Positions 1-8,903 of a DNA stretch of 36,787 nt are shown here, piece by piece. The notes beneath the pieces were generated by a model. The model was not told where the DNA came from. It did not search any database and saw only the letters and a list, made by a program, of their open reading frames with translations. Each line of letters opens with the position of its first letter. The first letter of the stretch is position 1. A program made the translations under genes and the position numbers. The stretch comes from Desulfuromusa sp. (GTDB taxonomy: Bacteria > Desulfobacterota > Desulfuromonadia > Desulfuromonadales > Geopsychrobacteraceae): assembly GCA_029934755.1 (NCBI GenBank), contig JAOZLQ010000002.1, positions 1 to 36,787 of the forward strand. The letters are read 5' to 3'.

Positions 1-177
1 GGTGACTCAGAAACTGAGTACAAATTGACCCTTGTTTCTAATGGAAGAACCGTTAAACTCTAAAAATGGGGTGGTGGATGAGCTTCGATAACGAAAACAA
101 GACTTGACACAGGATGATGGTTTGTTGCATTAAGAACAGATAATGATCTTATCTATCACTGACAAAGATGCCCTTTC

Positions 178-1500
178 ATGATGAACGCAACTTGGAAACC
201 AACTCTCAGCCAACAAAAAAAAAATCGTCGGAAACGTCGGGCTTTTTTGCTAATGGCTGTACTTGCTGTTGTCGGGCTGGGTGGTTACTTTTTTGTTGTC
301 GATTTTTCCACCCCGGTAATGGCCGGAACTGACAAGGCATCAACTGCTGAAAAGTTAGCTGTGGTTCCCGATATTGAAATCGCTGTCAATAATTCTCCGC
401 AGGATCTCGTTCCTGACCATATTTTAAAACGGACCATTCTTCCGGGCGATAATTTAAGTGCAATATTTGACAGTGTCAAAATCAATCAGTCTTATTTGTT
501 TCAGATTCTTGCTGCGGATGAATCTTTACTTGCACTGGATATTCTACGCTCCGGTAATACCCTGACTTTTACTTTGGATGAAGAAACCCGGGAGCTGGTA
601 AAAATGGAATTATTCATCCACCCCGCTCACCAGATTGTTTATCATCGGGTTGACGAAAATAGTTTTGATTATAAAGAGATTGTTCTAGCAGGAACTTGGG
701 AACCTCAGCTTTTCGACGGTGATATCGTGGGTAGTTTCTACCAGTCAGCAATATCTGTCGGGTTAAGTGAACATGAAATTGGGAATATTACTTACCTTTT
801 CAAGAACAAAGTTGATTTTAGTCGCGATATCAGGGCGGGTGATCGTTTTCAAGTTATTCGGAAACTGCAGATCGTTAATGGAAAATTGACCGGTCAAAGT
901 CATATTGAAGCGGTACGGATTCTGACTCGAAAACACCAGTACAGTGCTTTTCTTTTTGAAGATGGTAATTTTTATGACGATCAGGGTGAAAGTCTTGCCC
1001 GTGCTTTTAAGCGCTATCCTTTCACCGGTCACTTCCGTATCAGTTCGCCTTTCAACCTTGCGCGTCTTCATCCTGTGACCGGGCGAGTCGCCCCACATAA
1101 AGGTGTCGATTTTGGCATGCCCGTGGGAACTTCAATTTATTCTACCGGGGATGGGGTGGTCACTCGGGTAAAAAATCATCCTTTTGCCGGGAAGTATATC
1201 GAAATTAAGCACGATGGACGTTATTTGACGCGCTACATGCATCTGAGCCGCATCACTGTCAAGCGTGGCCAAAAAATCCAACGTGGCGAGCGGATTGCTC
1301 TATCGGGGAACACCGGGCGTTCTACCGGTCCTCATCTGCATTATGAGCTGCATATCAAAGGTCGTGCAGTCAATCCGATCACGGCTAAAATTCCCATGAC
1401 AGCATCCATTCCAAAAGGAAAGTTTCAGAAATTTAAGCATCGAACGGCTGAACTTATATCCTTGATGGATCAACCTCGATTTGACCTCGTTGGTTCATAG
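178..1500 (+). CDS. M23 family peptidoglycan DD-endopeptidase (MepM/Csd3-like) with N-terminal membrane anchor
   Basis: Basic N-region plus hydrophobic segment, LysM-like GDNLSAIF segment, M23 zinc motifs HKGVDF, YMHLS and STGPHLHYE. Confidence 0.9.
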   Translation: MMNATWKPTLSQQKKNRRKRRAFLLMAVLAVVGLGGYFFVVDFSTPVMAGTDKASTAEKLAVVPDIEIAVNNSPQDLVPDHILKRTILPGDNLSAIFDSVKINQSYLFQILAADESLLALDILRSGNTLTFTLDEETRELVKMELFIHPAHQIVYHRVDENSFDYKEIVLAGTWEPQLFDGDIVGSFYQSAISVGLSEHEIGNITYLFKNKVDFSRDIRAGDRFQVIRKLQIVNGKLTGQSHIEAVRILTRKHQYSAFLFEDGNFYDDQGESLARAFKRYPFTGHFRISSPFNLARLHPVTGRVAPHKGVDFGMPVGTSIYSTGDGVVTRVKNHPFAGKYIEIKHDGRYLTRYMHLSRITVKRGQKIQRGERIALSGNTGRSTGPHLHYELHIKGRAVNPITAKIPMTASIPKGKFQKFKHRTAELISLMDQPRFDLVGS

Positions 1501-1549
1501 CTTTTCTGCTCGTCCTATCTATTGCATCTAAACTGCTCCTTCCAGCCTT

Positions 1550-1565
1550 GTCAAAATCATGTCAT
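1550..1565 (+). promoter_or_regulatory. Candidate upstream activator site for a sigma-54 enhancer-binding protein
   Basis: GTCAAAATCATGTCAT, 15/16 identical to 15249-15264, about 110 bp upstream of a -24/-12 element. Confidence 0.55.
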
Positions 1566-1629
1566 TTCTTTTCACCGATATCCTATTGATTGTGACCACC
1601 TTGGTCTCTTCTGGTAAAAAGATATTGAA

Positions 1630-1642
1630 TTTCAATAGTTTA
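1630..1642 (+). promoter_or_regulatory. IHF-like binding site
   Basis: TTTCAATAGTTTA, one mismatch to WATCAANNNNTTR, located between the putative UAS and the sigma-54 element. Confidence 0.4.
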
Positions 1643-1660
1643 AGAGAAATTTAACGATTT

Positions 1661-1676
1661 TGGCACAATTCTCGCC
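1661..1676 (+). promoter_or_regulatory. Sigma-54 (RpoN) -24/-12 promoter of the TPR-flgB operon
   Basis: TGGCACAATTCTCGCC with GG and GC spaced as in TGGCAC-N5-TTGC, upstream of SD GGAGG (1710-1714). Confidence 0.7.
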
Positions 1677-1719
1677 TATGAACATTTCCGGTGATAAATA
1701 TCCACCGCCGGAGGTATGG

Positions 1720-4128
1720 ATGCGACATCCAATTAAGATCTTAAAAATTATCGGTTTATTGCTGTTGTTGGTAGTGTTTTTTATGAGCGTGACAATGACA
1801 GCTCAGGCGGAAGAACCAATTTACCTGCTTGATATGCATAAACAGGAAAATCCGAACCATACTCAGATTACCTTACAATTTTCCACTTTGCCAAAATTCA
1901 CTACGGAAGAGTCCGGACAACGGATTGATCTGTTGTTGAGCAACGTAAAGCTCTCTCCAAAGTTGAAGAATCTTCCAGAAGACGAAAAGGTGGTTAAGAT
2001 TCAGTTGACGGGGAAAAAGCAGGAATTGCTGGTGTCTGTTCTCCTGCGTCGGCTTCCCAAGCAGGTTATCGCAGCATCCAAGCAAAACCCACCTCGGGTG
2101 GTTGTAGATGTTTACTGGGATGTTGATGAGGCTATCAGACCAGCGGTGGCTTTTCGGATATCCGATATGCCGCCACGCAAAGCGGGAAGAAGGGCGGCGA
2201 AATTTCAACAGGAATCTCCCTGGAAAGATCGTTGGGATGATTTCTTCCGTGATTATCGAACCTATTGGAAATTAGACCTTCCCGTCAATTTTACTTTGCC
2301 GCAACTCTCCGCTTTGATTGTGGATGATCAGAGTCCACTCTGGCCATTGCAGCAACATGCCGATACCAACATGTTTCTTAGTTTGATCCAGACGGCAACG
2401 GCATTGAGCAACCTGGATCCGCAACAACGTTATCTGCGTGATTTGATGTTAGCCGAAGCCCAGCTACGGACGGATGCTATCGAGGCAGGTATCGCTCGAC
2501 TCGATTCATTGCGCCGGACAGAGGGGATAGCGCAGGCTCGTGTCGAATATTTGACAGCCTTTGGACAAGCGCTGGAGGGTCAACCTTTAGTTGCTCAGAT
2601 CACCTTACAGCAACTTTTACCTCAGCTTGCTGAAAATCATCCATTACTACCGCTCATTCATTTGTTGTTTGCAGAAACTGCTTTGGCTTCAGGACAGGAT
2701 CGTGTCGCCCTTGAGCATCTGCAAGGTGCTGATTTGAATTGGCCCGATAGCTTGCTTGTACCATTGGAGCTGCGGATTGCCGATGCTAAATCTGGCCTTG
2801 GTGAGTTGGATGAGGCTCTGGTTGAATATCAGGATTTAGCTGAAGAATCGGGTCTTTTTGATTATTACCGATTCTCCTTTAACCGAGCTGCTTTCAGCGC
2901 ATTCAAGAATAAAAACTATAGTTTTTCCAGCATTCTCTATCGGAAGTTGGTTGAACCTCTCAAGGAGGAATCAGGAGATGATCTGCTGCTGTTTGCCGCT
3001 GGCGCAGCCTCCTATGAAGCGGGGGACATGGGTTGGGGGATGATTGGTTTGCAGCGGGTAACTTTGGATCGTCCTGAAACTGAAGGTGGAGATCGTGGTG
3101 TGTTGCGGTTGATTGATCATAAGTTGATCAACGGTGGAGAATTGGAACTCGCAAAGGCAGTGGGTGAATATGCACAGCTTGGGAAGAGTTCTCAATTTCG
3201 GCCGATTCGTGAAGAAAGTCGATTTAAACGTGCTCTGGCACTTTATCTATTGGGTGATCATCGAGAAAGTGTCGATGTCTTAATGCGTTTTCGACGTGAA
3301 TTCGGGAGCTCAGAACTTATCAGAGAAGTTGATTTGCTGATTCTGCAACAGCTACCAACGGTTGTACACCAATTACTTGAGGAGAAAAATGATTTACAGG
3401 CGGTGGTGCTGGCTGAGAAGAATCGTAAATTATTACTTCGAAGTGGCTTCAATAAAGAGTTTCTGCATGATCTAGCAACTGCATTTGATCGGCTTGGGCT
3501 CTATGAAAGAGCTGGGCGGGTGCTACTTTATCTGTTTGACCGCACCTCTGGACAAGAGGAGCAGCAATTTATCTACCTTCCATTGGCACAATCGTACCTG
3601 AAGCGTAAGGAATATCAAAATGCAGGTCAGTATGCTAGCCGCTATCTGGAAAAGTTTCCTCAGGGTGAGGATGGGGGTGCTTTGTTCGGTATCTTGTTGG
3701 ATGCATTTGAGCGTGAGGATCGTCAGGATGAACTGCTTGCCTGGTTGAACCGTGAAAATCGTCCGAGTAGCTATGAGTTAGAGATTCGTGCCGCGTATAT
3801 ATATTGGCGACTAGGAAATTTGCAGGCCGTGATTGAGAGTCTGGAAAAGGCGCATAGTGCTGGTGGATTTCTACAAGTCAAAGAAATGGCACTGCTGGGT
3901 GAAGCTTATTATCAGTTAGAGAAAAATAGTGCTGCTGTAAAAATTTATCGACAGTTGCATGAAGATCCCGATTTTGGAACACAAGCCCGCTATCGAACAG
4001 CACAAATCCTGTTACGGCAGCAACAACGCAGGGCAGCACTTAAGCTTCTAAGTCAGGTGGTCGAAACAAATGGAGAGGGCTCTTGGGGAAAGTTGGCTCA
4101 GGACTTGCTCATTCAAGAAAAACGTTGA
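1720..4128 (+). CDS. Large secreted/periplasmic tetratricopeptide-repeat protein, first gene of the flagellar operon
   Basis: ATG 1720 follows GGAGG (the TTG at 1660 overlaps the promoter). Signal peptide ending AQA-EE, beta-rich N-terminal region, many TPR-like helices (e.g. ALLGEAYYQLEKNSAAVKIY). Confidence 0.75.
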   Translation: MRHPIKILKIIGLLLLLVVFFMSVTMTAQAEEPIYLLDMHKQENPNHTQITLQFSTLPKFTTEESGQRIDLLLSNVKLSPKLKNLPEDEKVVKIQLTGKKQELLVSVLLRRLPKQVIAASKQNPPRVVVDVYWDVDEAIRPAVAFRISDMPPRKAGRRAAKFQQESPWKDRWDDFFRDYRTYWKLDLPVNFTLPQLSALIVDDQSPLWPLQQHADTNMFLSLIQTATALSNLDPQQRYLRDLMLAEAQLRTDAIEAGIARLDSLRRTEGIAQARVEYLTAFGQALEGQPLVAQITLQQLLPQLAENHPLLPLIHLLFAETALASGQDRVALEHLQGADLNWPDSLLVPLELRIADAKSGLGELDEALVEYQDLAEESGLFDYYRFSFNRAAFSAFKNKNYSFSSILYRKLVEPLKEESGDDLLLFAAGAASYEAGDMGWGMIGLQRVTLDRPETEGGDRGVLRLIDHKLINGGELELAKAVGEYAQLGKSSQFRPIREESRFKRALALYLLGDHRESVDVLMRFRREFGSSELIREVDLLILQQLPTVVHQLLEEKNDLQAVVLAEKNRKLLLRSGFNKEFLHDLATAFDRLGLYERAGRVLLYLFDRTSGQEEQQFIYLPLAQSYLKRKEYQNAGQYASRYLEKFPQGEDGGALFGILLDAFEREDRQDELLAWLNRENRPSSYELEIRAAYIYWRLGNLQAVIESLEKAHSAGGFLQVKEMALLGEAYYQLEKNSAAVKIYRQLHEDPDFGTQARYRTAQILLRQQQRRAALKLLSQVVETNGEGSWGKLAQDLLIQEKR

Positions 4129-4169
4129 GGGTTTCAGCTTTAGAGTCAGAAATCAGGCAGGAGTAAACA

Positions 4170-4583
4170 ATGGCAGATATAAGAATCGCAGATCGTACTA
4201 TTGCCGTATTGCAGAAAAGTCTCGATTTGCGTGCGCAGAAACAACAGGTGATTGCCGGAAATATTGCCAATGCGGAAACGCCTGGCTACTCAGCCCGCAA
4301 ACTTAATTTTGAAGATAATTTGCGTGAGGCGATCAGTCGTCCCGAAATGGCTGCTCGAAATACTAATGCTAAACATTTCCCCATCGGCCCGAGTGGTATC
4401 TCCAGAGTTCAAGGAACTATTACTAAGCAGATCAATTCAAGTCCTCTGGGGGATGGCAACAGTGTTTCGGTTGACGACGAAATGTTTGATTTGGCTGAAA
4501 ACCAACTTCTCTATGAGGCTGGCAGTCAGATTATAAAGAAGAAATTTTCAATGCTTAAATTTGCAGCGAGTGACGGTCGTTAG
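4170..4583 (+). CDS. flgB: Flagellar basal-body rod protein FlgB
   Basis: IAGNIANAETPGY and DGNSVSVDDEM motifs, SD GGAG. Confidence 0.96.
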   Translation: MADIRIADRTIAVLQKSLDLRAQKQQVIAGNIANAETPGYSARKLNFEDNLREAISRPEMAARNTNAKHFPIGPSGISRVQGTITKQINSSPLGDGNSVSVDDEMFDLAENQLLYEAGSQIIKKKFSMLKFAASDGR

Positions 4584-4591
4584 GAGATTTT

Positions 4592-5023
4592 ATGGATATT
4601 TTTACCACGATGAAGATTAGTGCTTCGGCACTTAAAGCGCAGCGGATTCGGATGAATGCCATCAGTTCCAATCTGGCTAATATCGAAACTACACGAACTC
4701 CCGATGGTGGTCCCTATCGAAAGCGGGAAGTAGTTTTTAAAAGTAGCCAGCAGGGATTTGCCGATACTCTTGATGCCCGGATGCGCGATGCGGTTCAGGG
4801 GGTCAAGGTGTCCCAGATTCAAGCCAGTAAATTACCCCCCCGGATGGTTTATGATCCATCGCATCCCGATGCTGATGAGCAGGGGCAAGTTGCTATGCCG
4901 AACATCAGTCTGGTGGAAGAAACGGCGGATATGATGTCTGCATCACGAGCTTACGAAGCAAATGTAACCGTGGTTAAGTCGGCGAAACGAATGGCTCTGA
5001 AAGCCTTGGAAATAGGACGGTGA
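4592..5023 (+). CDS. flgC: Flagellar basal-body rod protein FlgC
   Basis: ISSNLANIETTRT, YDPSHPDAD, SRAYEANV motifs. Confidence 0.97.
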   Translation: MDIFTTMKISASALKAQRIRMNAISSNLANIETTRTPDGGPYRKREVVFKSSQQGFADTLDARMRDAVQGVKVSQIQASKLPPRMVYDPSHPDADEQGQVAMPNISLVEETADMMSASRAYEANVTVVKSAKRMALKALEIGR

Positions 5024-5028
5024 AATAA

Positions 5029-5334
5029 ATGATGAGAAGTGTTGCTGATATAACGATGACTGCCCATCTCAAAGGGCTTGCTCAACCAAAAACTTCCACG
5101 GTTCAACAGATGGGAGATAAATTTGGGCAAATGTTGAAAACCTCTATTGCTGAAGTCAATCAAGCGCAGATCAGTGCTGATCGTGCTGCTGAACAGATTG
5201 CTGCCGGTGAAACTAAAAACTTGCACGGAGCGATGATCAAGCTGGAAGAGGCGGATATCTCTTTACGACTGATGGTGCAGGTGCGGAATAAGGCAGTCGA
5301 AGCGTACCAAGAAATTATGCGCATGCAAGTCTGA
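5029..5334 (+). CDS. fliE: Hook-basal body complex protein FliE
   Basis: C-terminal QVRNKAVEAYQEIMRMQV. Confidence 0.96.
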   Translation: MMRSVADITMTAHLKGLAQPKTSTVQQMGDKFGQMLKTSIAEVNQAQISADRAAEQIAAGETKNLHGAMIKLEEADISLRLMVQVRNKAVEAYQEIMRMQV

Positions 5335-5457
5335 TGGCGTCGCGAAAATTCCGCCCTGCAGCGTTGTCGTATTTTTCAGGAGCTTGACATACTGGTGTAT
5401 GTCTTCGCCCCTGAAAAAATAGGCCGCCTTGTAGGACGAAATTTTGGCTTAGCCATC
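5333..5457. repeat. 125-bp palindromic REP/MITE-like intergenic element
   Basis: Terminal IR GATGGC/GCCATC, nested IRs TATTTTTCAGG/CCTGAAAAAATA and GACATAC-tggt-GTATGTC. Confidence 0.75.
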
Positions 5458-5536
5458 TGACATCTGGTGCATTTTTGAAAACAGATAAAATCAAAGAGTC
5501 AAAAATTAACGCAATCGATCCCGGAGGAATATTTCG

Positions 5537-7126
5537 ATGGCTGAAGATGTAAAAGAAGTGACTGCTGAAAAGAAAAATATGTTGGATATCATTATGGAAT
5601 GGTCGCTGGCTCGTAAACTGAGTTTGGTTGGTGCTACCGTGGTCAGCGTTATCCTGTTTACTTTAATTATTATGCAGTCTCAGGTGGCTGATTACAGCTT
5701 GCTGTTTGCCAATCTTCCGGGTCGGGATGCGGCATCAGTGGTTGAGTGGCTGAAAGATCACAAAGTTCCTTATCGCCTGGAAGATGGTGGACGAGACATC
5801 ATGATTCCGGCTGATAAAGTTTACGAGGCACGTATTGAACTAGCTGGCTCTGGTTTGTCTGAAGGTGGAGTCGGGTTTGAGATTTTTGACAAGCAAAGTT
5901 TCGGCATGACTGATTTTGCCCAGAAGGTTAATTATCGGCGTGCTCTTCAGGGTGAGTTGATGCGAACCATTACCTCTCTGGCACCCGTTGAAGCTGCACG
6001 TATTCACTTGGCATTACCGGAGAAAAGATTGTTCCGGGAGCAGCAACAACAGGCAACGGCATCAGTGATCATTAAACTTTCTTCGGGCCGTGCTCTTAAA
6101 GAATCACAATTGCAAGGGATTATTCATCTGGTCGCTGGTAGTGTTGAAGGGTTGGAATCAGAAAACGTTACAGTGGTTGATTCCAGCGGTAAAGTTTTAT
6201 CTAAAAGCAATGCAGATGAAATGGCTGGGCCGATGACACCAGGGATGTTGAATTATCAACAGACCATGGAACGACGTCTGGAAGTCCGTGCACAATCATT
6301 GCTGGATCGTGCTCTCGGTGCAGGTAATTCTTTGGTTCGAGTTAATGCTGAAGTCGATTTTGACCAGCGGGAAAAGGTTGAGGAATCTCTTGATCCCAAA
6401 GGTGCGGTTATCGTCAGTGAGCAAACCAGTACTGAGGAAGGGGGGACAGAAGCTTCAAGTGGTGTTCCCGGAGTGGTTTCCAATCTGCAGGGGAATGCTG
6501 CAAGGACAACGGCAGGAACTCCAGCTAGTCGCTCAGATGAAACCGTTAATTATGAGTTGAGTAAAGTGGTCAGTAAAACAGTCCAATCTGTTGGCACTTT
6601 GAAAGCCCTATCTGTTTCAGTTTTGGTGGCAGATCGGGTGACTCCTGGTGCTGAAGGTGCAGGCCCAACCAGTACACCACGAAGCACTGAAGAAGTTGCG
6701 GAAATTGAGCAGATGGTCCGTTCTGCACTTGGTATAAATGCTACTCGCGGTGATTTGATATCAGTGGTTTCTATGCCGTTTGAAAATGGATTCAGCGATG
6801 AAGTGTTGCCGCAACCATCTCTGATCGACAAGGTCTATCCATTTATGCCGATCATCAAATACAGTTTGCTGGCGATCGCTTCGTTACTCGCCTATCTGCT
6901 GTTTCTCAAGCCTTTGATGCAAACCTTGCGTGGGGCTTCTGCAGAAACACAACCGATGAAAACAGTTGAGGAGTTGGAAGCTGAAATGCGTGGTGATGAT
7001 TCAACTCCACTGCTTGGTGGTCCCAGCGATCCTCTAGCCCAGATTCGCCAAGAAGTTCTAGGTGGTGACATGATGCCAGTGCAGGTAGTTAAAAACTGGC
7101 TTCGTGAGGAACCAGCTGAATCTTAA
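5537..7126 (+). CDS. fliF: Flagellar MS-ring protein FliF
   Basis: Two TM segments, GFEIFDKQSFGMTDF, ALQGELMRTI, ARIHLALPE. Confidence 0.97.
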   Translation: MAEDVKEVTAEKKNMLDIIMEWSLARKLSLVGATVVSVILFTLIIMQSQVADYSLLFANLPGRDAASVVEWLKDHKVPYRLEDGGRDIMIPADKVYEARIELAGSGLSEGGVGFEIFDKQSFGMTDFAQKVNYRRALQGELMRTITSLAPVEAARIHLALPEKRLFREQQQQATASVIIKLSSGRALKESQLQGIIHLVAGSVEGLESENVTVVDSSGKVLSKSNADEMAGPMTPGMLNYQQTMERRLEVRAQSLLDRALGAGNSLVRVNAEVDFDQREKVEESLDPKGAVIVSEQTSTEEGGTEASSGVPGVVSNLQGNAARTTAGTPASRSDETVNYELSKVVSKTVQSVGTLKALSVSVLVADRVTPGAEGAGPTSTPRSTEEVAEIEQMVRSALGINATRGDLISVVSMPFENGFSDEVLPQPSLIDKVYPFMPIIKYSLLAIASLLAYLLFLKPLMQTLRGASAETQPMKTVEELEAEMRGDDSTPLLGGPSDPLAQIRQEVLGGDMMPVQVVKNWLREEPAES

Positions 7127-7139
7127 AGGCAGCAGAACA

Positions 7140-7220
7140 AGGTTGAAGGGGGTTAGGTTGAAGGCTTAATAACCAAAACCTAAACTTCTTCAGCTTGGAT
7201 ATCTTCAGTCTAAACAGCTT
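7140..7220. repeat. Degenerate short-unit inverted-repeat element in the fliF-fliG spacer
   Basis: AGGTTGAAGG twice (7140, 7155), followed by roughly complementary CTTCAG and CTAAAC units, each twice. Confidence 0.45.
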
Positions 7221-7237
7221 TAAATTTGGAGTGATTT

Positions 7238-8251
7238 GTGAAAAAAGCGAAACATCTGTCCGGAGCAAAAAAGGCGGCACTATTACTGCTCTGCCTCGGT
7301 GAAGAGGCGACCGCAAAAATTTTTGAGACTCTGGACGATTCAGAAGTCCGTGAAATTAGTCGCTGCATGATGGAGATTGATCATGTAGATCCATCTCTTG
7401 CACGGGAAATTCTGGAAGAATTCAAAGAATCTCGTGAAGGGGATGTTGGTGTTTATATTCGCGGGGATGAATTTGCCAAACATGCCATCTTAGGTGGTGC
7501 TGATAACCAGCGTGCACAATATTTGCTTGATCAGGTTTCGGCAGGAATCGAAGGACGGCCGCTGGAAACAATCTCCAAAATGCATCCGCGGATGGTCTCT
7601 GGTTTGCTAGAAAATGAACATCCACAGACGGTTGCATTGATTCTTTCAACCCAGAAAGAAGATCATACCAGTCGAATTTTAGCGGAACTCCCAGAGGATA
7701 TGCGTGGTGATGTTATGTATCGCATCGCCAAGATCGACAATGTCTCTCCTGATGTCATCAACCAGATTGAAGAAGCCTTGCAGCGTGAAGTTGGTGTTGT
7801 GGTTGGAAAGGATCGTAAACAGGTCGGTGGGATCGAAAAGGTGGTTGAGATTCTCGGTAAAATGGATAAAGGAGCCGATCAGGTTATTCTGACCAGTATT
7901 GAGGCTGCTGACCCGGATTTGGCAGAGGAGATCCGTAGACGGATGTTCACCTTTGAAGATTTATCCTCAATTGATGGTCGTGGAATGCAGGCGATTCTGC
8001 GTGAAGTTAGTACCGATATGCTGACTCTGGCGTTGAAAACAGCAAGTGATTCGATCAAGGATAAAATCTTTGGCAATATTTCCCAACGTGCTGCCGATAT
8101 GATCGCAGAAGACCTTGAAGCCATGGGGCCACGTAAGCTTTCTGAAGTAGAAGCAATGCAAATGGAAGTTGTTAAAGTCGCTTTAAAACTAGAAGAAGAG
8201 GGCAGTGTTGTAATCCCAGGAAGGGGCGGCGGTGGCGATGAGCTTGTCTAA
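7238..8251 (+). CDS. fliG: Flagellar motor switch protein FliG
   Basis: KAALLLLCLG, EHPQTVALIL, MFTFEDL, NISQRAA motifs, GTG start after GGAG. Confidence 0.97.
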   Translation: MKKAKHLSGAKKAALLLLCLGEEATAKIFETLDDSEVREISRCMMEIDHVDPSLAREILEEFKESREGDVGVYIRGDEFAKHAILGGADNQRAQYLLDQVSAGIEGRPLETISKMHPRMVSGLLENEHPQTVALILSTQKEDHTSRILAELPEDMRGDVMYRIAKIDNVSPDVINQIEEALQREVGVVVGKDRKQVGGIEKVVEILGKMDKGADQVILTSIEAADPDLAEEIRRRMFTFEDLSSIDGRGMQAILREVSTDMLTLALKTASDSIKDKIFGNISQRAADMIAEDLEAMGPRKLSEVEAMQMEVVKVALKLEEEGSVVIPGRGGGGDELV

Positions 8252-8903
8252 AATATATCGAGGTGCTGAAGCCCATGGTCTTCAGGAATTTCAATTCAGA
8301 TCATTCGGTGAGACGGAACCAAATTCTCCGTTAGAAACTGATGGGTTCAGCAAAAGTTCAGCAGTGGTTGCCCCTGTGGTGGCGGGACCTGCAGGTCTCT
8401 CGACTAAAGATATTGAAGCTGCTTATGCTCGTGGGAAACGGGAAGGGTTGGATAGTGCTGAGGGCAACCTGGTAACAGCAGCGCAAGCATTAGCAGCGGC
8501 AGCAGAAGAGATTAGTCGTTTGCGGGTTTCTCTGGCTAAAAACAGTAGTCAGGATATGTTGCGGCTGGTGATGGCCATCTCTGAACAGATTCTCCGTAGA
8601 GAAGTAGCGGCTGATCCCAAGGTTATTTTAACAATTATTGAAAATGCCTTGCAGTCATCGGTGCGTTCCGATCAATACCGTATCCGGATTAATCCTGCCG
8701 ATCTTGAAAATGTGACTCAGCAGAAACCACTTTTTCTGGCCAGTATCAGTGGCTTGAAAAATTTAAGTATCGAAACCGATGCCGCAATTTCCCCTGGTGG
8801 CTGTCGCGTTGATTCTGATCTTGGCGATGTCGATGCCACGATTGAAACTCAACTTGAGGCGATTCAACAGGCCTTAAGTGAAGCGATTACGGATGTTGAA
8901 TGA
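8238..8903 (+). CDS. fliH: Flagellar export protein FliH
   Basis: AxxxGxxxG repeat (AYARGKREG), RINPAD, GGCRVDSDLGDVDATIETQL, position between fliG and fliI. Confidence 0.9.
   Translation: MSLSKIYRGAEAHGLQEFQFRSFGETEPNSPLETDGFSKSSAVVAPVVAGPAGLSTKDIEAAYARGKREGLDSAEGNLVTAAQALAAAAEEISRLRVSLAKNSSQDMLRLVMAISEQILRREVAADPKVILTIIENALQSSVRSDQYRIRINPADLENVTQQKPLFLASISGLKNLSIETDAAISPGGCRVDSDLGDVDATIETQLEAIQQALSEAITDVE

Noticed and set aside
215-224. A10 tract in the M23 gene as a phase-variation switch
   Set aside because: The ORF is in frame and the tract encodes the Lys-rich N-region of a membrane anchor. There is no evidence of length variation.
1660-1719. ORF-track start of the TPR gene at TTG 1660
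   Set aside because: It overlaps the sigma-54 element. ATG 1720 has a GGAGG SD and gives a proper signal peptide.
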